Origin: Neoechinorhynchus agilis
Lineage: Eukaryota; Animalia; Acanthocephala
Direction: 5' to 3'
Assembly: GCA_051530055.1 (NCBI GenBank)
Contig: CM121343.1
Coordinates: 4,186,389-4,250,388, forward strand
Length of the DNA: 64,000 bases
Shown: positions 50,901-64,000 of the stretch, in pieces
How positions within the stretch are numbered: the stretch's first letter is position 1
Layout: each line of letters opens with the position of its first letter
Notes under the pieces: model-generated
What the model was told of the DNA's origin: nothing
Seen by the model: the letters and a program-made list of their open reading frames with translations, nothing else
Database searches by the model: none
Position numbers and translations under genes: made by a program

Positions 50901-53900
50901 CCACTGAAAAATGCTCGAATGAGCTTATGAAGATGTTCATTTTTGAGTGCGTTTGAATAGTTTGGACCGAGCTTATTTTTTGGTTCTTAATAAACTGATA
51001 GACGGTCAGGTGAAACTTTTGCTTGCTCTTCCCTTCACATCCTTAATCTGTGCAAAATGCAGAACTGTAAAACATATAAATAAGAGTTTTTATGTCCGAA
51101 TTATGAATTTAGGTTTCCCAGTATTGTTTCTCCTTATGCAACTACAAACAAAGGCGAATAAAGCCTTCGGGCATTTTGAATTTGTCTGGATTCACAGTTG
51201 ACTATGTTGACAGGGAAAACGGTAAGCAATATCGATAGATTTATTTTTAATTCAGTTTGGTATAAAGCTGCACCTGAAGGACGCTCGTCTCCATCATTTC
51301 GACTCTACAATCTGAGCAATTCTATCTATATAACAGTTGACAGTGAATATACCCGTTCAGCCTGGATTAAGGCGCTCTATAGAGCTACAGGTCAAGCGAA
51401 AAAACCAGAAATGCTCAATGTCTCTTTCGACAGCTCATTTGATCCAAATGGTATCAAAATGTTTGCATTACTCTTCTCAGAACTACTTTCAGACAAACTC
51501 CAAATTACCATGTCTGAGATTATTGCAAGAGACCTTAGTTTCAACGATTATGAATCGCTTTTGAGGCTTATTTTAAGGTCGACGATAATGTTTCGTCTTA
51601 ATGAGTCTACTTGTTCTTTGGTTTGTCAAATCGTCTCATTTAAAATCCGTATAAGCAAAAAAAATTATATTTAGGGTTGGTTATCTGTCGAACAGTCTTT
51701 TGTCATTGAGGAGTATTGTTATCGGCATTTGATACGTCCGATAAAACGTCATATTTGCCAATTATCAGAGATGGTAACGTTTGCGGAATCGGGTTATTTC
51801 ATAGATCCAGGTCTATTTCATTACGTTTACGTTTCTTGTGCTTCGAATTTATCTTATGCGAGGTATACATCGATAATAAAACATGGATATCACCGATTTT
51901 ATAGCATAACTATAAACGAGAGGAACGAATTTGAAGAAAACAGGGATAGGTTAAAACGTATTGTAATTGAACATTTAACTAACTTTCGGTATGAAATAAG
52001 ATTTGAATGCTCTGTGTGACTCTCGGACAATTAGTGTAGTACCCATTTTCCCTACTCAAGACCAGAAGGTTCTTTAAAGTTATGTTTCGCTTTATTGGAA
52101 CGGGTTAGTGGTTGCAGTTCAACATTAAATGCAGTCCACATATCCTTAAAATACTCTGAATGCCGTATAGATATTGAACAACGATGTGATACAGTCAAGT
52201 TTCAGTGAAGCTCAAGCTACAATATGCCGATGCATGGAAGCGGCTGCTTTATGTGATTACACTTCCATTATTAATCAAGTTCAATCTGAAAGTGAGTAGT
52301 TCGCGGCCAGCGTTATGATTGTCCTGTACTTACATTGAACCAAAAGTTTCAGGTCCACAGGACTCCATAACAAACAATATTTACAGGATAGTGAGTTGTA
52401 ACAATCTCCGTAGGATCGCCAAGCTCTGTATTGATTTAATGAACGAGATACAGAACTATTACGCTCAGGTTAATTAAATGACTTTATGAGCCGCTAAAAT
52501 CATCTTTTTTATTTATTATAGGCATTCTCACACAATTCCAATGCACTTACCGCTTACGAAGACACGATTTGGTCACTTTTTTCGGTGGATCTGGACCACT
52601 GCGCAAGTGCGGACTGCAACAATTTTAATGACTGCTTGGATGTTTTTATGATTATGAACACTTACTTAAAGAACTCTGAACTAAGGCATAAGAAATTTTA
52701 TGCTCGTCTATATTCAGTCTTCTCTCCACTTGTCATCCGCTACTTCGAAGTAATGGAACAAGAAGTAGCCTCATTTATTAACAGTGAATTCTTTAATGAA
52801 GATTGGAATGCTCATGAGTATATACTTCAATCTTCCTTTATTTACTAATAAATGATTTTTTAGGAACAGATGCAAGACGTTTGATCAAATAATGGAATAT
52901 TATGACAAAATGCGCTGGTGTCTCGAGAAACTCGATTGGCCAGAACCGGAATTTGCGCATCACATAGAGCTCCGTCTTTCAAAGCTCTTTATTGACATTG
53001 TTATTTCCTATGCATCTAAAATCCTCAGTTTTTTTCAAGCAAGAATTAACAAATCATATGGAATCCTTGCAATAGCGACATCAGGTATATCGTATCTTGT
53101 GTCCGAGGAACTCTGCGTTCAAGCAAATATTGCGCTGCAATGCCGAGAAAAGGTAAATGCTTCCAAAACAATCTATCAACGTTCTCATAAGTCGTCCAAA
53201 ATATACTCTTGCAGTATAATAGAACTAAAGTTGAAAGGATATCGATTTGCCAATAGTTTATTGCACTAAGATTTCACAATGCTGGCAATATGAGAAATGC
53301 GCTATAAACTTACAACCCATGCCGATTGTTAAGAAATTAGTATAACTTGGTAAAGTGTTCAGTCTTATCTTTCACACACCCTAAATTGCATTCAATGTCC
53401 TTTTAACTCATCTTAAATGCTTCGACGTTTAACCATATCCCTGCTGCAAAAGGATTTTAGAACCTGATAAACAATGGAAGCCGTACATAGCCATGGCTAT
53501 TCTTATCATTGTCCATTACTCCGTGAATTCTGTGTTTTATAGACAGATTTTCGTTCAGGCCAGCGGCTCAAGCTAAACAACAAAAGAATATGCAATGTTT
53601 ACTTGTGTTTTAGTTGGTATTTAATAATGGGAAAAGTGTACACTACTGAACGGTTTAATCTCGTTTTTAATAACATTACCAAGAGTGCGAAATTCCGAAT
53701 ATTTTTGCCTAATAAATTGGTTTTTAGAAATTAATCCAAGATGCAATGTTTACTTGTGTTTTAGTTGGTATTTAATAATGGGAAAAGTGTACACTACTGA
53801 ACAGTTGAATCTCGTTTTTAATAACATTACCAAGAGTGCGAAATTCCGAATATTTTTGCCTAATAAATTGGCTTTTAGAATTTTTTCAATAAATTGTTTT

Positions 53901-56900
53901 AGAATAATCCAAGATGCAATGTTTTAGTTGGTATTTAATAATGGGAAAAGTGTACACTACTGAAGGATTCAATATTCTAATAAATTTTAGAATAATCAAG
54001 ATGCATGTTTAAAAAAAAAAACAATGAACAGTTGAATCTCGTTTTTAATAACATTACCAAGAGTGCGAAATTCCGAATATTTTTGCCTAATAAATTGGCT
54101 TTTAGAAATTAATCCAAGATGCAATGTTTACTTGTGTTTTAGTTGGTATTTAATAATGGGAAAAGTGTACACTACTGAACAGTTGAATCTCGTTTTTAAT
54201 AACATTACCAAGAGTGCGAAATTCCGAATATTTTTGCCTAATAAATTGGCTTTTAGAAATTAATCCAAGATGCAATGTTTACTTGTGTTTTAGTTGGTAT
54301 TTAATAATGGGAAAAGTGTACACTACTGAACAGTTGAATCTCGTTTTTAATAACATTACCAAGAGTGCGAAATTCCGAATATTTTTGCCTAATAAATTGG
54401 CTTTTAGAAATTAATCCAAGATGCAATGTTTTAGTTGGTATTTAATAATGGGAAAAGTGTACACTACTGAACGGTTGAATCCCGTTTTTAATAACATTAC
54501 CAAGAGTGCGAAATTCCGAATATTTTTGCCTAATAAATTAGCTTTTAGAGATTAATCCAAGATGCAATGTTTTAGTTGGTATTTAATAATGGGAAAAGTG
54601 TACACTACTGAACGGTTGAATCCCGTTTTTAATAACATTACCAAGAGTGCGAAATTCCGAATATTTTTGCCTAATAAATTGGTTTTTAGAAATTAATCCA
54701 AGATGCAATGTTTTAGTTGGTATTTAATAATGGGAAAAGTGTACACTACTGAACGGTTGAATCCCGTTTTTAATAACATTACCAAGAGTGCGAAATTCCG
54801 AATATTTTTGCCTAATAAATTGGTTTTTAGAAATTAATCCAAGATGCAATGTTTATTTGTGTTTTAGTTGGTATTTAATAATGGGAAAAGTGTACAATAC
54901 TGAACAGTTGAATCCCGTTTTTAATAACATTACCAAGAGTGCGAAATTCCGAATATTTTTGCCTAATAAATTGGTTTTTAGAAATTAATCCAAGATGCAA
55001 TGTTTATTTGTGTTTTAGTTGGTATTTAATAATGGGAAAAGTGTACAATACTGAACAGTTGAATCCCGTTTTTAATAACATTACCAAGAGTGCGAAATTC
55101 CGAATATTTTTGCCTAATAAATTGGTTTTTAGAAATTAATCCAAGATGCAATGTTTTAGTTGGTATTTAATAATGGGAAAAGTGTACACTACTGAACAGT
55201 TGAATCCCGTTTTTAATAACATTACCAAGAGTGCGAAATTCCGAATATTTTTGCCTAATAAATTGGTTTTTAGAAATTAATCCAAGATGCAATGTTTTAG
55301 TTGGTATTTAATAATGGGAAAAGTGTACAATACTGAACAGTTGAATCCCGTTTTTAATAACATTACCAAGAGTGCGAAATTCCGAATATTTTTGCCTAAT
55401 AAATTGGTTTTTAGAAATTAATCCAAGATGCAATGTTTTAGTTGGTATTTAATAATGGGAAAAGTGTACACTACTGAACGGTTGAACCGTTTTTAATAAC
55501 ATTACCAAGAGTGCGAAATCCGAATATTTTTTAATAAATTGGTTTTAGAATTACCAAGATGCAATGTTTATTTGTGTTTTAGTTGGTATTTAATAATGGG
55601 AAAAGTGTACAATACTGAACAGTTGAATCCCGTTTTTAATAACATTAAAGAGTGCGAAATTCCGAATATTTTTTGCCTAATAAATTGGTTTTTAGAAATT
55701 AATCCAAGATGCAATGTTTATTTGTGTTTTAGTTGGTATTTAATAATGGGAAAAGTGTACAATACTGAACAGTTGAATCCCGTTTTTAATAACATTACCA
55801 AGAGTGCGAAATTCCGAATATTTTTGCCTAATAAATTAGCTTTTAGAGAGTAATCCAAGATGCAATGTTTTAGTTGGTATTTAATAATGGGAAAAGTGTA
55901 CAATACTGAACAGTTGAATCCCGTTTTTAATAACATTACCAAGAGTGCGAAATTCCGAATATTTTTGCCTAATAAATTGGTTTTTAGAAATTAATCCAAG
56001 ATGCAATGTTTTAGTTGGTATTTAATAATGGGAAAAGTGTACACTACTGAACGGTTGAATCTCGTTTTTAATAACATTACCAAGAAGCACAAGAAAATCC
56101 GGACGAATTATACATTTAGCTTATTAAGACACTTAGCTTCCACCTCTCAATCATCCAATCAAATTTCTCAGGAATTGTTTGAGATAAAAAGGTAGTAAAA
56201 AATTCGACGAGTCCTCTGCAATCCCTCTAAACAATTTTCCGTGCAGTTTATCGTTTCATGGAGAGATTAAATGTCACTTGATGGATGAACTGCGAGGCAG
56301 AAGTGATCTGAGGATATGTATATAGAAATATAAATGTCTTATATTTTTATCTTCGGGGAAAATGCACTTTCTTTTGGTGGTTTTTCTACCCCGGATTCAA
56401 AAATTCACTAATTTAATTCCCCGATATATCACCTCTCGGAAAATTCCGACATTGTTCAGCGTATTTTGATAACTAACAACCTCGATAAACGCGTACAAGA
56501 TTGTTTCTCGTCCGAAAGCAAACTGACTTAATAAATTCCTTCAATTTTCATCGCCATAAATAAACATGAATAATTCAATCTTCAAACAAAAGTATAAATG
56601 ATTTCTTATTAGCTTTGCCGTACAAAATTCAAAACATTGGCAAATAAATTCAAGCATTTTCTTTAAAATAGTTTCACTAAAGATGACACTTGAGGTTGAT
56701 GTTGCAGATATTCTTTTTTTCATAATTTCAAAACAAAGATTAAGTATGTTTTGGCGATGTGTGAGCTTTTGATGATTTATTCTTAATGATCCTTACTCGA
56801 CTTTTATGTAGTTACCCCGGCTACGAGCGGAAGGTGGCATCGATAGTCAACATTTAGCCATGGCTGAACAAGCCATGGAGCGAACAATAGAAAAGATGCA

Positions 56901-57455
56901 AAAATTACTGATCAGACGTTTAATAGAATTCCTTGATGTTTGTTTGAAACGGTTGGATAAGTTCGATTTTCATATCAGGCTCTTGAACATCACTTTATCG
57001 GTAAGCGAATGTTATAAGCGGGCGTTAAAATTTAATAGTATTTCAAAGAAGTCGCTAACTCAGTTGCCAACGGAGTACACTAATTTCATGTGTTCCAACC
57101 TGGAGCAATTAGCTTCAAAGATTATCGATGAATTATTTATTATTTCTACTTTTGAGGTTTGTTTTTTGTCTCATTTTTTATATGTGTATATCACAGGATT
57201 GGTACATTGAACAAATATCAACCATTAATTCATGGCTGGAATCTAAAACCTCACAAGTCCTCAATCAGCAGCATAGTTCAATTTTATTGCAAATCACAAA
57301 AGTCAGTTGAAGTCAATAAAAATGCTCGTCGACAATGTGCTCTAACACAGCGAATAAAAGAAAATTTTGAACTACATGGCGTTAGAAGCTCAGTACTCTT
57401 GAATAAGACATACCAAAACATTCTGAGTCGATTGCAAGTTAGTCCAATTACATAG
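47961..57455 (+). CDS. CADPS: Calcium-dependent secretion activator (CAPS/unc-31), many exons
   Basis: AYVHLCRCIAHPFNVRQ (cf. LYVFVMRCIAYPFNAKQ), PH-domain GKTCWRRWKKRYFVLIQV, RSAWIKALYRATGQ, FVIEEYCYR, LDWPEPEFAHHIELRL, and C-terminus NFELHGV..SVLLNKTYQNILSRL (cf. [24 protein letters not shown]). Confidence 0.92.
49047..49172. mobile_element. Palindromic element family D (CAPS intron)
   Basis: TTGTGGTGATCATAATCCCCTGGATAAAACA / TGTTTTATCCGGGCGATTATGATCATCA. Confidence 0.65.
53590..56085. repeat. Tandem array of 151-bp and 141-bp units (~17-18 copies) inside a 3.66-kb CAPS intron
   Basis: GTGCGAAAT anchor at 53685, 53836, 54063, 54214, 54365, 54506, 54647, 54788, 54939, 55090, 55231, 55372, ~55512, ~55652, 55804, 55945. 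The short unit lacks 10 bp after ATGCAATGTTT. Flanking exons QCREK|GT (53152) and AG|LPRLRAEG (~56812) join colinearly with CAPS. Confidence 0.96.
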
Positions 57456-57800
57456 AGGATTAAAATGGCTCCACAAGTTAAACGATACAATCCACAAATG
57501 TAAAAGCCTATTGTACTCAGCTTAATGGGATGTTTAAAAATGAGAAAAGTCCTAACTAGGATGGGATATGTTAAATAAATAGACCATACTTTCCCCAACA
57601 TCTTAATCCACATAAATACAATTTCATCCATTGTAATGTCCAAATTTAATCGAAGAAAAATATAATTTTCAATATTATGTAACATTTCCTAAATTGACGT
57701 TCTCTAAAACTTATCATTTAGAATTCCCGCTTTTCCCTTGCTATAGAATTTCTTCCTTCTCTTAAGCACGGACGACGACCCTTCCAATTCACCTACTTTC

Positions 57801-58890
57801 CTATATCTTCTTCTGCCTTCGTCCAAGTTATCTTTTCTCCCTTTTCTATATCTTCTTCTACCTTCGTCCAAGTGATCTTTTCTCCCTCTCCTATATCTTC
57901 TTTTACCTTCGTCCAAGTAATATCTTCTCCCTTTTCTATATCTTCTTCTACCTTCGTCCAAGTAATATCTTCTCTCTTTTCTATATCTTCTTCTACCCTC
58001 GTCCAAGTGATCTTTTCTCCCTTTTCTATATCTTCTTCTACCTTCGTTCAAATGATCTTTTATCCCATTTCGATATGTTCTTCTACCTTCGTCCAAGTGA
58101 TCTTTTCTCCCTTTTCTATATCTTCCTCCATTTTCGTCCAAGGGATCCTTTCTCCCTTTTCTATATCTTCTAGCTTCGTCCAAGTGATCTTTTCTCCCAT
58201 TTTCTATATCTTCTTCTACCTTCGTCCAAGTGATCTTTTCTCCCTCTCCTATATCTTCTTTTACCTTCGTCCAAGTAATATCTTCTCCCTTTTCTATATC
58301 TTCTTCTACCTTCGTCCAAGTAATATCTTCTCTCTTTTCTATATCTTCTTCTACCCTCGTCCAAGTGATCTTTTCTCCCTTTTCTATATCTTCCTCCATT
58401 TTCGTCCAAGGGATCCTTTCTCCCTTTTCTATATATTCTAGCTTCGTCCAAGTGATCTTTTCTCCCATTTTCTATATCTTCTTCTACCTTCGTCCAAGTG
58501 ATCTTTTCTCCCTTTTCTATATCTTCTTCTGCCTTCATCCACGTTATCTTTTCTCCTTTTTCTATATCTTCTTCTACCTTCGTCCAAGTGATCTTTTCTC
58601 CTTTTTCTATATCTTCTACCTTCGTCCAAGTAATATCTTCTCCCTTTTCTATATCTTCTTCTACCTTCGTACAAGTGATCTTTTCTCCCTCTCCTATATC
58701 TTCTTCTACCTTCGTCCAAGTGATCTTTTCTCCCTCTCCTATATCTTCTTCTACCTTCGTCCAAGTGATCTTTTCTCCCTTTTCTATGTCCTTTTCTCCC
58801 TTTTCTATATCTTCTTCTACCTTCGTCCAAGTTAATTTTTCTCCCTATTCTATATCTTCTTCTGCCTTCATCCACGTTATCTTTTCTCCT
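57801..58890. repeat. 45-bp pyrimidine-rich minisatellite (~24 units) with a 358-bp higher-order duplication
   Basis: Unit TATCTTCTTCTACCTTCGTCCAAGTGATCTTTTCTCCCTTTTCTA. Diagnostic variant units recur at a 358-bp offset (e.g. 57872 vs 58230). Confidence 0.95.
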
Positions 58891-59469
58891 TTACCGTCTT
58901 TCTCCTCCGTTTATAACGTTCTTGTCACTTTAATCCTCGTCCATGCTTTTCCATTTTCACTGCCCTCCCATTTTGAGTTCTTTACTTGTCTTATTTCTTA
59001 ATCTATTGCTAATCTCTTTCCACATTTTCTACCCGCTCTCACGTTTTCCTTCACCGCTGTGCCATGGCCATTTAGCTATTCATTTTCAATCTTCTCTCTC
59101 TGAACGTTTGCCTTTTCGTTTCTACATTTTCCCAACGTTTCCTCGAAGCACCTATAATATACAATTTGAACGTCTTCTTTTTTATTTCTATTCCATAAGT
59201 GTACTCTTATTCACTTATCCTTCAATTTTTCCTATAGTTTTTGCATGGTGCCTTTAGTTGGTTTTTTCTCGTCATGGCAAAGTTTAACCCACTTTCCGGG
59301 ACTGTACCAATTAGTCTCAAAGCAATAAGATTTTGATCGGTTGTTTACTCGTTATTACATGATGAGATGCTAACCTTCGAAATCAATTTAGTATAATACC
59401 ACTTTTAGATTTAATAACGCTAACTAGAAATCGTTAATGTATATATATATGGGTGAGTCGAAATTTCGA

Positions 59470-60450
59470 AGCTTTACGAACTACGATAATAAATCTTTCC
59501 TTATTTAAATTTTATGTGACGCCCAGACGTGGAATCCGTATTTCCACAAACGACGAAGATGCGATGCGTGCAATAGAGACACTATTTTCTAGCTCCATTC
59601 TATCCTTCAAAAAGATTAACTCATCTATCGCTTACCTTTAAACAGTTCCACTGCCTTATAAACTCACTTGAATGGGGCAAAAAGGATTATTAAATCTATG
59701 ACGAACGGGAGTTGGCAACAGATGCAGTAAAACTCTTTTTAACGCTCTGATTTTCTTGACGCAAACTCATTTGATCTCCACTTCATTCTGTATGGCAGAA
59801 GTTGCGTTTTAAAGTTCTAAGATTTCTTATAGAGGCTAAATGCGCCAACATATTTTCGCAACTTATCTTTCCATTGCGGTTAAATGATAAAGGAACCTAG
59901 ACCTTCTTTTATCCGTTTTATAGACTTATCGCTACATCGTTACAGTAAGTTTTAGGTGCTCGCACCTCGACGCCATTTGGGTTCCATTGTTTCTACGCCA
60001 ATTTGAACATTGACGCATGTTTCTAAAAATAGACTTCGAAGGAAAGTGAGTGCATGGCGTTTGCGACTTATTCATCGATCCACTGCGTTTTTCTGAAGAC
60101 CTTCTTATAGCTTGAATTGTAATGATCTCGTAAATTATTTCCGTAAAATTTTTGTCAACTACCTCTTTGAAGTGGACCAATCCCCGGTCATTAAACTGAA
60201 AGTAAAACTTGGGGCGTTCTGGAATTATACGGGAAATCTTTACTGATTTCTTCGATACATTTTACGAGGATTTCAAACGGAACGGAAAATAAATTCTAAG
60301 GAAACAACGTTGCTCTTCATAATAGCTAAGACTCTTTGTTGAGAAAGCCTCAGTACACGTAAAAGTTTTTATGACTAAACCGAAGTCTTCATCATGTGAG
60401 ATCTTGTCATATTCACTGATTGTCGTTTTCCATATTCTGATAACGCCCAT
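59470..60450 (-). CDS. Possible multi-exon gene with a MATH/TRAF-like N-terminal segment
   Basis: GVIRIWKTTISEY...CFLRIYFP resembles the MATH G...WKI..Y...CLR.Y pattern. Downstream open segments VKISRIIPERPKFYFQF..., ELIFLKDRMELENSV... Confidence 0.3.
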
Positions 60451-60544
60451 CTAAGCAAAACGCCAAACACTAATCCAGCATTAAGCAAATATTAGTTTTC
60501 TTCGTCGGGTTTAAACCCTCAAAAAGCTGCTTCGCTTTTATTTA

Positions 60545-60684
60545 TGTTTATTTATGGCGGAAAAAATGCAGTACTGCAAGTTAAACACTTACAAAACAAC
60601 CTTGATAAACGCGTACGAGATTATGCCTCCGAAAACAATCGGATTTAATAAATTCCTTTAATTTTTCACCGCCATAAACAAACA
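60545..60684. mobile_element. Family B element with terminal inverted repeats and a deleted left arm
   Basis: TGTTTATTTATGGCGGAAAAA / TTTTTCACCGCCATAAACAAACA, with the internal right arm CAACCTTGATAAA...GGATTTAATAAATTCC. Confidence 0.65.
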
Positions 60685-61153
60685 GGAATAATTCAAGCTT
60701 TTTGATTATTTTCGACGGCATGCTATTGATCCTCCTTTTTTGATTCTACATTTGGATGTGGTTATCGCATTGAGTGTCGTATTACGTTTCAATAAGGATC
60801 AAGCAACGATGATTTTCTTTATTCCGTCATAGTAAAATCTATTAAACCGTGGGAGTGAACTATCTTCTGAAAATGGTGTATACCGTGCACTGTGGTCTAA
60901 ATAGAGAAACTTTGCTAGGGATTATTGCCCAAACATTCCATAAATCCGCATATTCGTGCCACCAGCAAAACACGTGGGATTATCTGGGGTACCTTTTGCT
61001 GCAAGTTTGCGCCGTAAAACCCAATTATACCGCTCCTATAAGCACTAATGGCATTGAAATGACGCTTTAAAATTTCTGCTGCGTTTTTACGAGTGGATCC
61101 GTTTTAAACATAACATTATACTCACTGATTTCCGCTCTTTTCTAGAACAATTC

Positions 61154-64000
61154 ATGCCCGACATCAGCGACTTGAAGCATAGAACATATATACCGAAACG
61201 AGAAACACAAGCAGCCAAATTTCTGCAGCAATATCCAGAGTTCGGCGGAAGAGATGTGCTTGTGGCGATTTTAGACACCGGAATAAGCCCGAACACTCCG
61301 GGCATTGTACCCGGCCAAGTAGTCGATTATGTGGATTGCACTGGTAGCGGAGATGTCAGACTACAACCAGTAGAGTTAGATAACCAAGATGGAACTATTA
61401 TTGGCATAAGCGGCCGAAAGTTACATGTTCCTGCTGAATTGGTTAGTTCGATGTCCAAAATCTGCTGCGGAATACTACTCGTAGAACGGTTAATCCCAAG
61501 CGGACTAAAATCACGATACTTGAAGAAACGAAAACAAAAGTTGTGGCTTGGAGATGTCAACGATGAACTACGAGACCTTTACATCAAGCGCGATGCATAT
61601 TCCACTCAAAGCAACGAATATGAAGACATTAGTGAGCTGATTAAGATTTTATCTCAGTATCAAACTAAAGAACAAGATCCTGGTATGCTTTGTGATTGTA
61701 TCGTTTGGCAAGACGTTAAAACTGGTGAATGGAAATGCATTATCGATACCTCCGATAGTCACATTCTCAATGCATCGATGATTATGGGTTCCTACAAAGA
61801 CACTGGCGACATTGGAACTTTCTCTTCTTTTGATATGATGACATATACTGTTAATTTGGAACCACCGGATTTACTTAGTGTTGTTTGTGACGCGGGAACC
61901 CATGGCAGTCATGTGGCTACGATTTGTGCCGGTCTATTCACTGCTCTGGATGATAATATTCATCCGGACGTGTCTTCAGAGCGAAACGGCGTTGCACCAT
62001 TTGCACAATTGTTATCCGTTAAGATTGGAGATCCGAGAACAGATTCAATGGAAAGCGGATTATCGCTCGCCCGCGGTATCAGTCTATGCATTGATAGAAA
62101 AGTAGACATCATTAACCTTAGTTATGGCGAAACTGCTATTGTTATGAACTCTGATTCTGTCCTACAAACGCTTGTTACTAAGGCAGTTAGAGAACATGGT
62201 ATCGTCTTTGTAAGTAGTAGTGGAAATGCTGGACCCGCATTATCTACTGTAGGCGCTCCTGGTGGATGTTTCAATGATGTCCTAGGTGTTGGAGCATATT
62301 TAACCGAAAGGATAGCCAAGAAAACGTTCAATTTATATCACAAAGTCCCTTCTATGCTATATCATTTCTCTAGTCGTGGACCAACCACGGATGGTTACAT
62401 AGGACCTGCGATCTGCGCTCCTGGATCAGCCATTTCAGGAATTCCGAATTGGAAATTGGCTTGCACTCAGTTGATGAGCGGGACAAGCATGAGCTCACCG
62501 AATGCTGCAGGTTGCATCGCATTGCTTATTTCCGGTTTAAAGTTCAAAAATGTCCCATACACTCCAATTTCAATATCACGATCGCTTAAAGCCACTGCGC
62601 TAGTTGTACCACAAATGGACCCTTTCGCTAGCGGCAAGGGACTTATACAAGTATGTGACGCTTTTGAGCATCATTTACGCACACCGAGCGATCTTCTCGA
62701 TGTTGGATTTGACATTTCTGTTGAACCAACCGTTAAAACAGATTATAATTCCGCTCAGGTTGGAGGAAGGGGAATTTATATTAAAAATGCACACTGCCAT
62801 TTATCACCGCTACATTATTCGGTCAGTTTAAGACCATGTTTTTATTCAAAATGTTCCATGGATGATAATGAATCATCAATCAAGCGAATGATCGCTTTTT
62901 CTGAGGAAGTTCATATAAAATCGAATGTAAGTTGGATAAAATGTCCGGAGAGGATCATCGTAATGAATGACCGAAGTCGCTTTGAGATAGAAATTGATTT
63001 GAAGACATGCCTGGACGGTGTAAATCTTGGCGAGGTAAATCTGTGTATAATGGATAGACCGGAAATAGGAATACTAAAATCGATCCCTGTAACTGTTGTT
63101 GTACCTTTGCCTTTAGAAAGTTTGGAATTTACTTTGTTTGAAAATGAAACTTTTCACGTCGGAAAAGTAATTCGAAATTTTATCGCCGTACCATCTTTTA
63201 TAAAGAATATTATAATGCGATTTTCGCCTTTGCAACAACATACTGGATCCACTTATCCTCATACAACACAATTCACAACTCACGCTCAATTTCACCATCC
63301 ATCGCAACGCTCGGTTGGAACCTATATGAAGAAGTCCTTCTGTGTAAAAATGGCTTGTACAAGATACCATGATTTTTGCATTACAATCCCATTCACTCCC
63401 GTTGTCATTGAAATCTGCGTTGCAAGAAATTGGAATTGGAGTCATGTTGAGGCAAGTGGATTGAAGTGCTCAATATTAGCATCAAGTTTAAGGGCAGTAT
63501 CAAGTCCAGTAATCCTGTACTCTAGTTCAACCTTCCCATCTTTCGATATTGCCACCGGTGATCTTATTCACAAGCAACCATCCAATGATAATGACATCAA
63601 ACAATTCACGGAGACAAATAACAAAGCATATTTTAGCATAGAATGGATTTGGATGTATACCCCATTAGTACCTATTGACGCAATAATCCGTCCTGCCGTA
63701 AAATTGACAGAAGCTCTTGAATCGATTCGTTACTTTTACGAACTTTGCTTGGAATATAATTTACAAGTTGTAAGTTTTCCTTTAATTTGTTGTTTGACGC
63801 TGACAATCATAGTTATAGCATAGAGACAAGAGCGAAGTATCCATTGAAGTACCCACGATTAGCAGCTACCTATATGATTCCGATTTCTTGTCTCAGTCGT
63901 TTATTATTCTAGATTCTACAAAACAAATCGTCCACTGTGGGGATGTGCTTGCTGCGGTAAGTAATCATTCCTACCTTTTCCTTTTAAGCATTTTTTCCTT
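61154..64000 (+). CDS. TPP2: Tripeptidyl-peptidase II (subtilase S8), 3'-partial
   Basis: PKRETQAAKFLQQYPEFGGRDVLVAILDTG (catalytic Asp), HGSHVATICAG (His), GTSMSSPNA (Ser), VSSSGNAGPALSTVG, SSRGPTTDG. ~2.6-kb first exon, GTAAGT intron near 63770, next exon YLYDSDFLSQSFIILDSTK continues to the window edge. Confidence 0.95.

Noticed and set aside
53590-53620. Minus-strand GTAAACATTG matching the nematode SL1 donor region
   Set aside because: The G is mutated to A, or the segment is deleted, in many copies, so it is not conserved.
53880-54030. Degenerate array stretches (also ~55480-55560) as old diverged units
   Set aside because: The many single-base and homopolymer deletions look like read-consensus errors. 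Cannot be treated as biology without raw reads.
53685-55942. Repeated ORFs MRNSEYFCLINW... as a tandem gene family or CAPS exons
   Set aside because: They are translations of the satellite starting at GTG. The flanking CAPS exons join colinearly without them, and 141-bp variants break the frames.
57704-59001. Long ORFs (MGEKITWT..., MIFSPSPIS...) as genes
   Set aside because: They are open on both strands and in several frames because of the 45-bp unit, and indels shift frames. Treated as a repeat.

Overview
Eukaryotic, gene-dense animal DNA; the taxon cannot be fixed from sequence alone. It is AT-rich, has mostly ~40-60 nt GT-AG introns, and its proteins are strongly diverged. Recognisable genes: RFC5, a divergent tropomyosin, COE/EBF, a calumenin/reticulocalbin (C-terminal HDEF), prefoldin 5, UQCRC2, an intronless H2A.Z with an unusual acidic tail, MEF2, a two-Ig Dpr-like protein, an NDRG-family protein, CAPS/unc-31 and TPP2 (runs off the right edge). 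There is also a CUB-LDLa membrane protein, a secreted Cys-rich protein and several unassigned multi-exon genes. Repeats: four unrelated tandem arrays (216 bp; 163/196 bp; 151/141 bp inside a CAPS intron; 45 bp), a tail-to-tail inverted pair of tRNA-derived SINEs, two CRE-like and one L2/CR1-like non-LTR retrotransposon relics, and at least four families of short palindromic MITE-like elements. Best leads: (i) an operon-like UQCRC2-PFDN5 pair with TTTAG directly before the PFDN5 ATG, and acceptor-like AGs just upstream of most starts, suggesting spliced-leader trans-splicing; (ii) the acidic-tailed H2A.Z; (iii) a satellite built from one arm of a palindromic element; (iv) the SINE foldback; (v) arrays with weak SL-RNA-like features. 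All protein assignments come from remembered family motifs, not database searches, and gene ends are approximate where stated.
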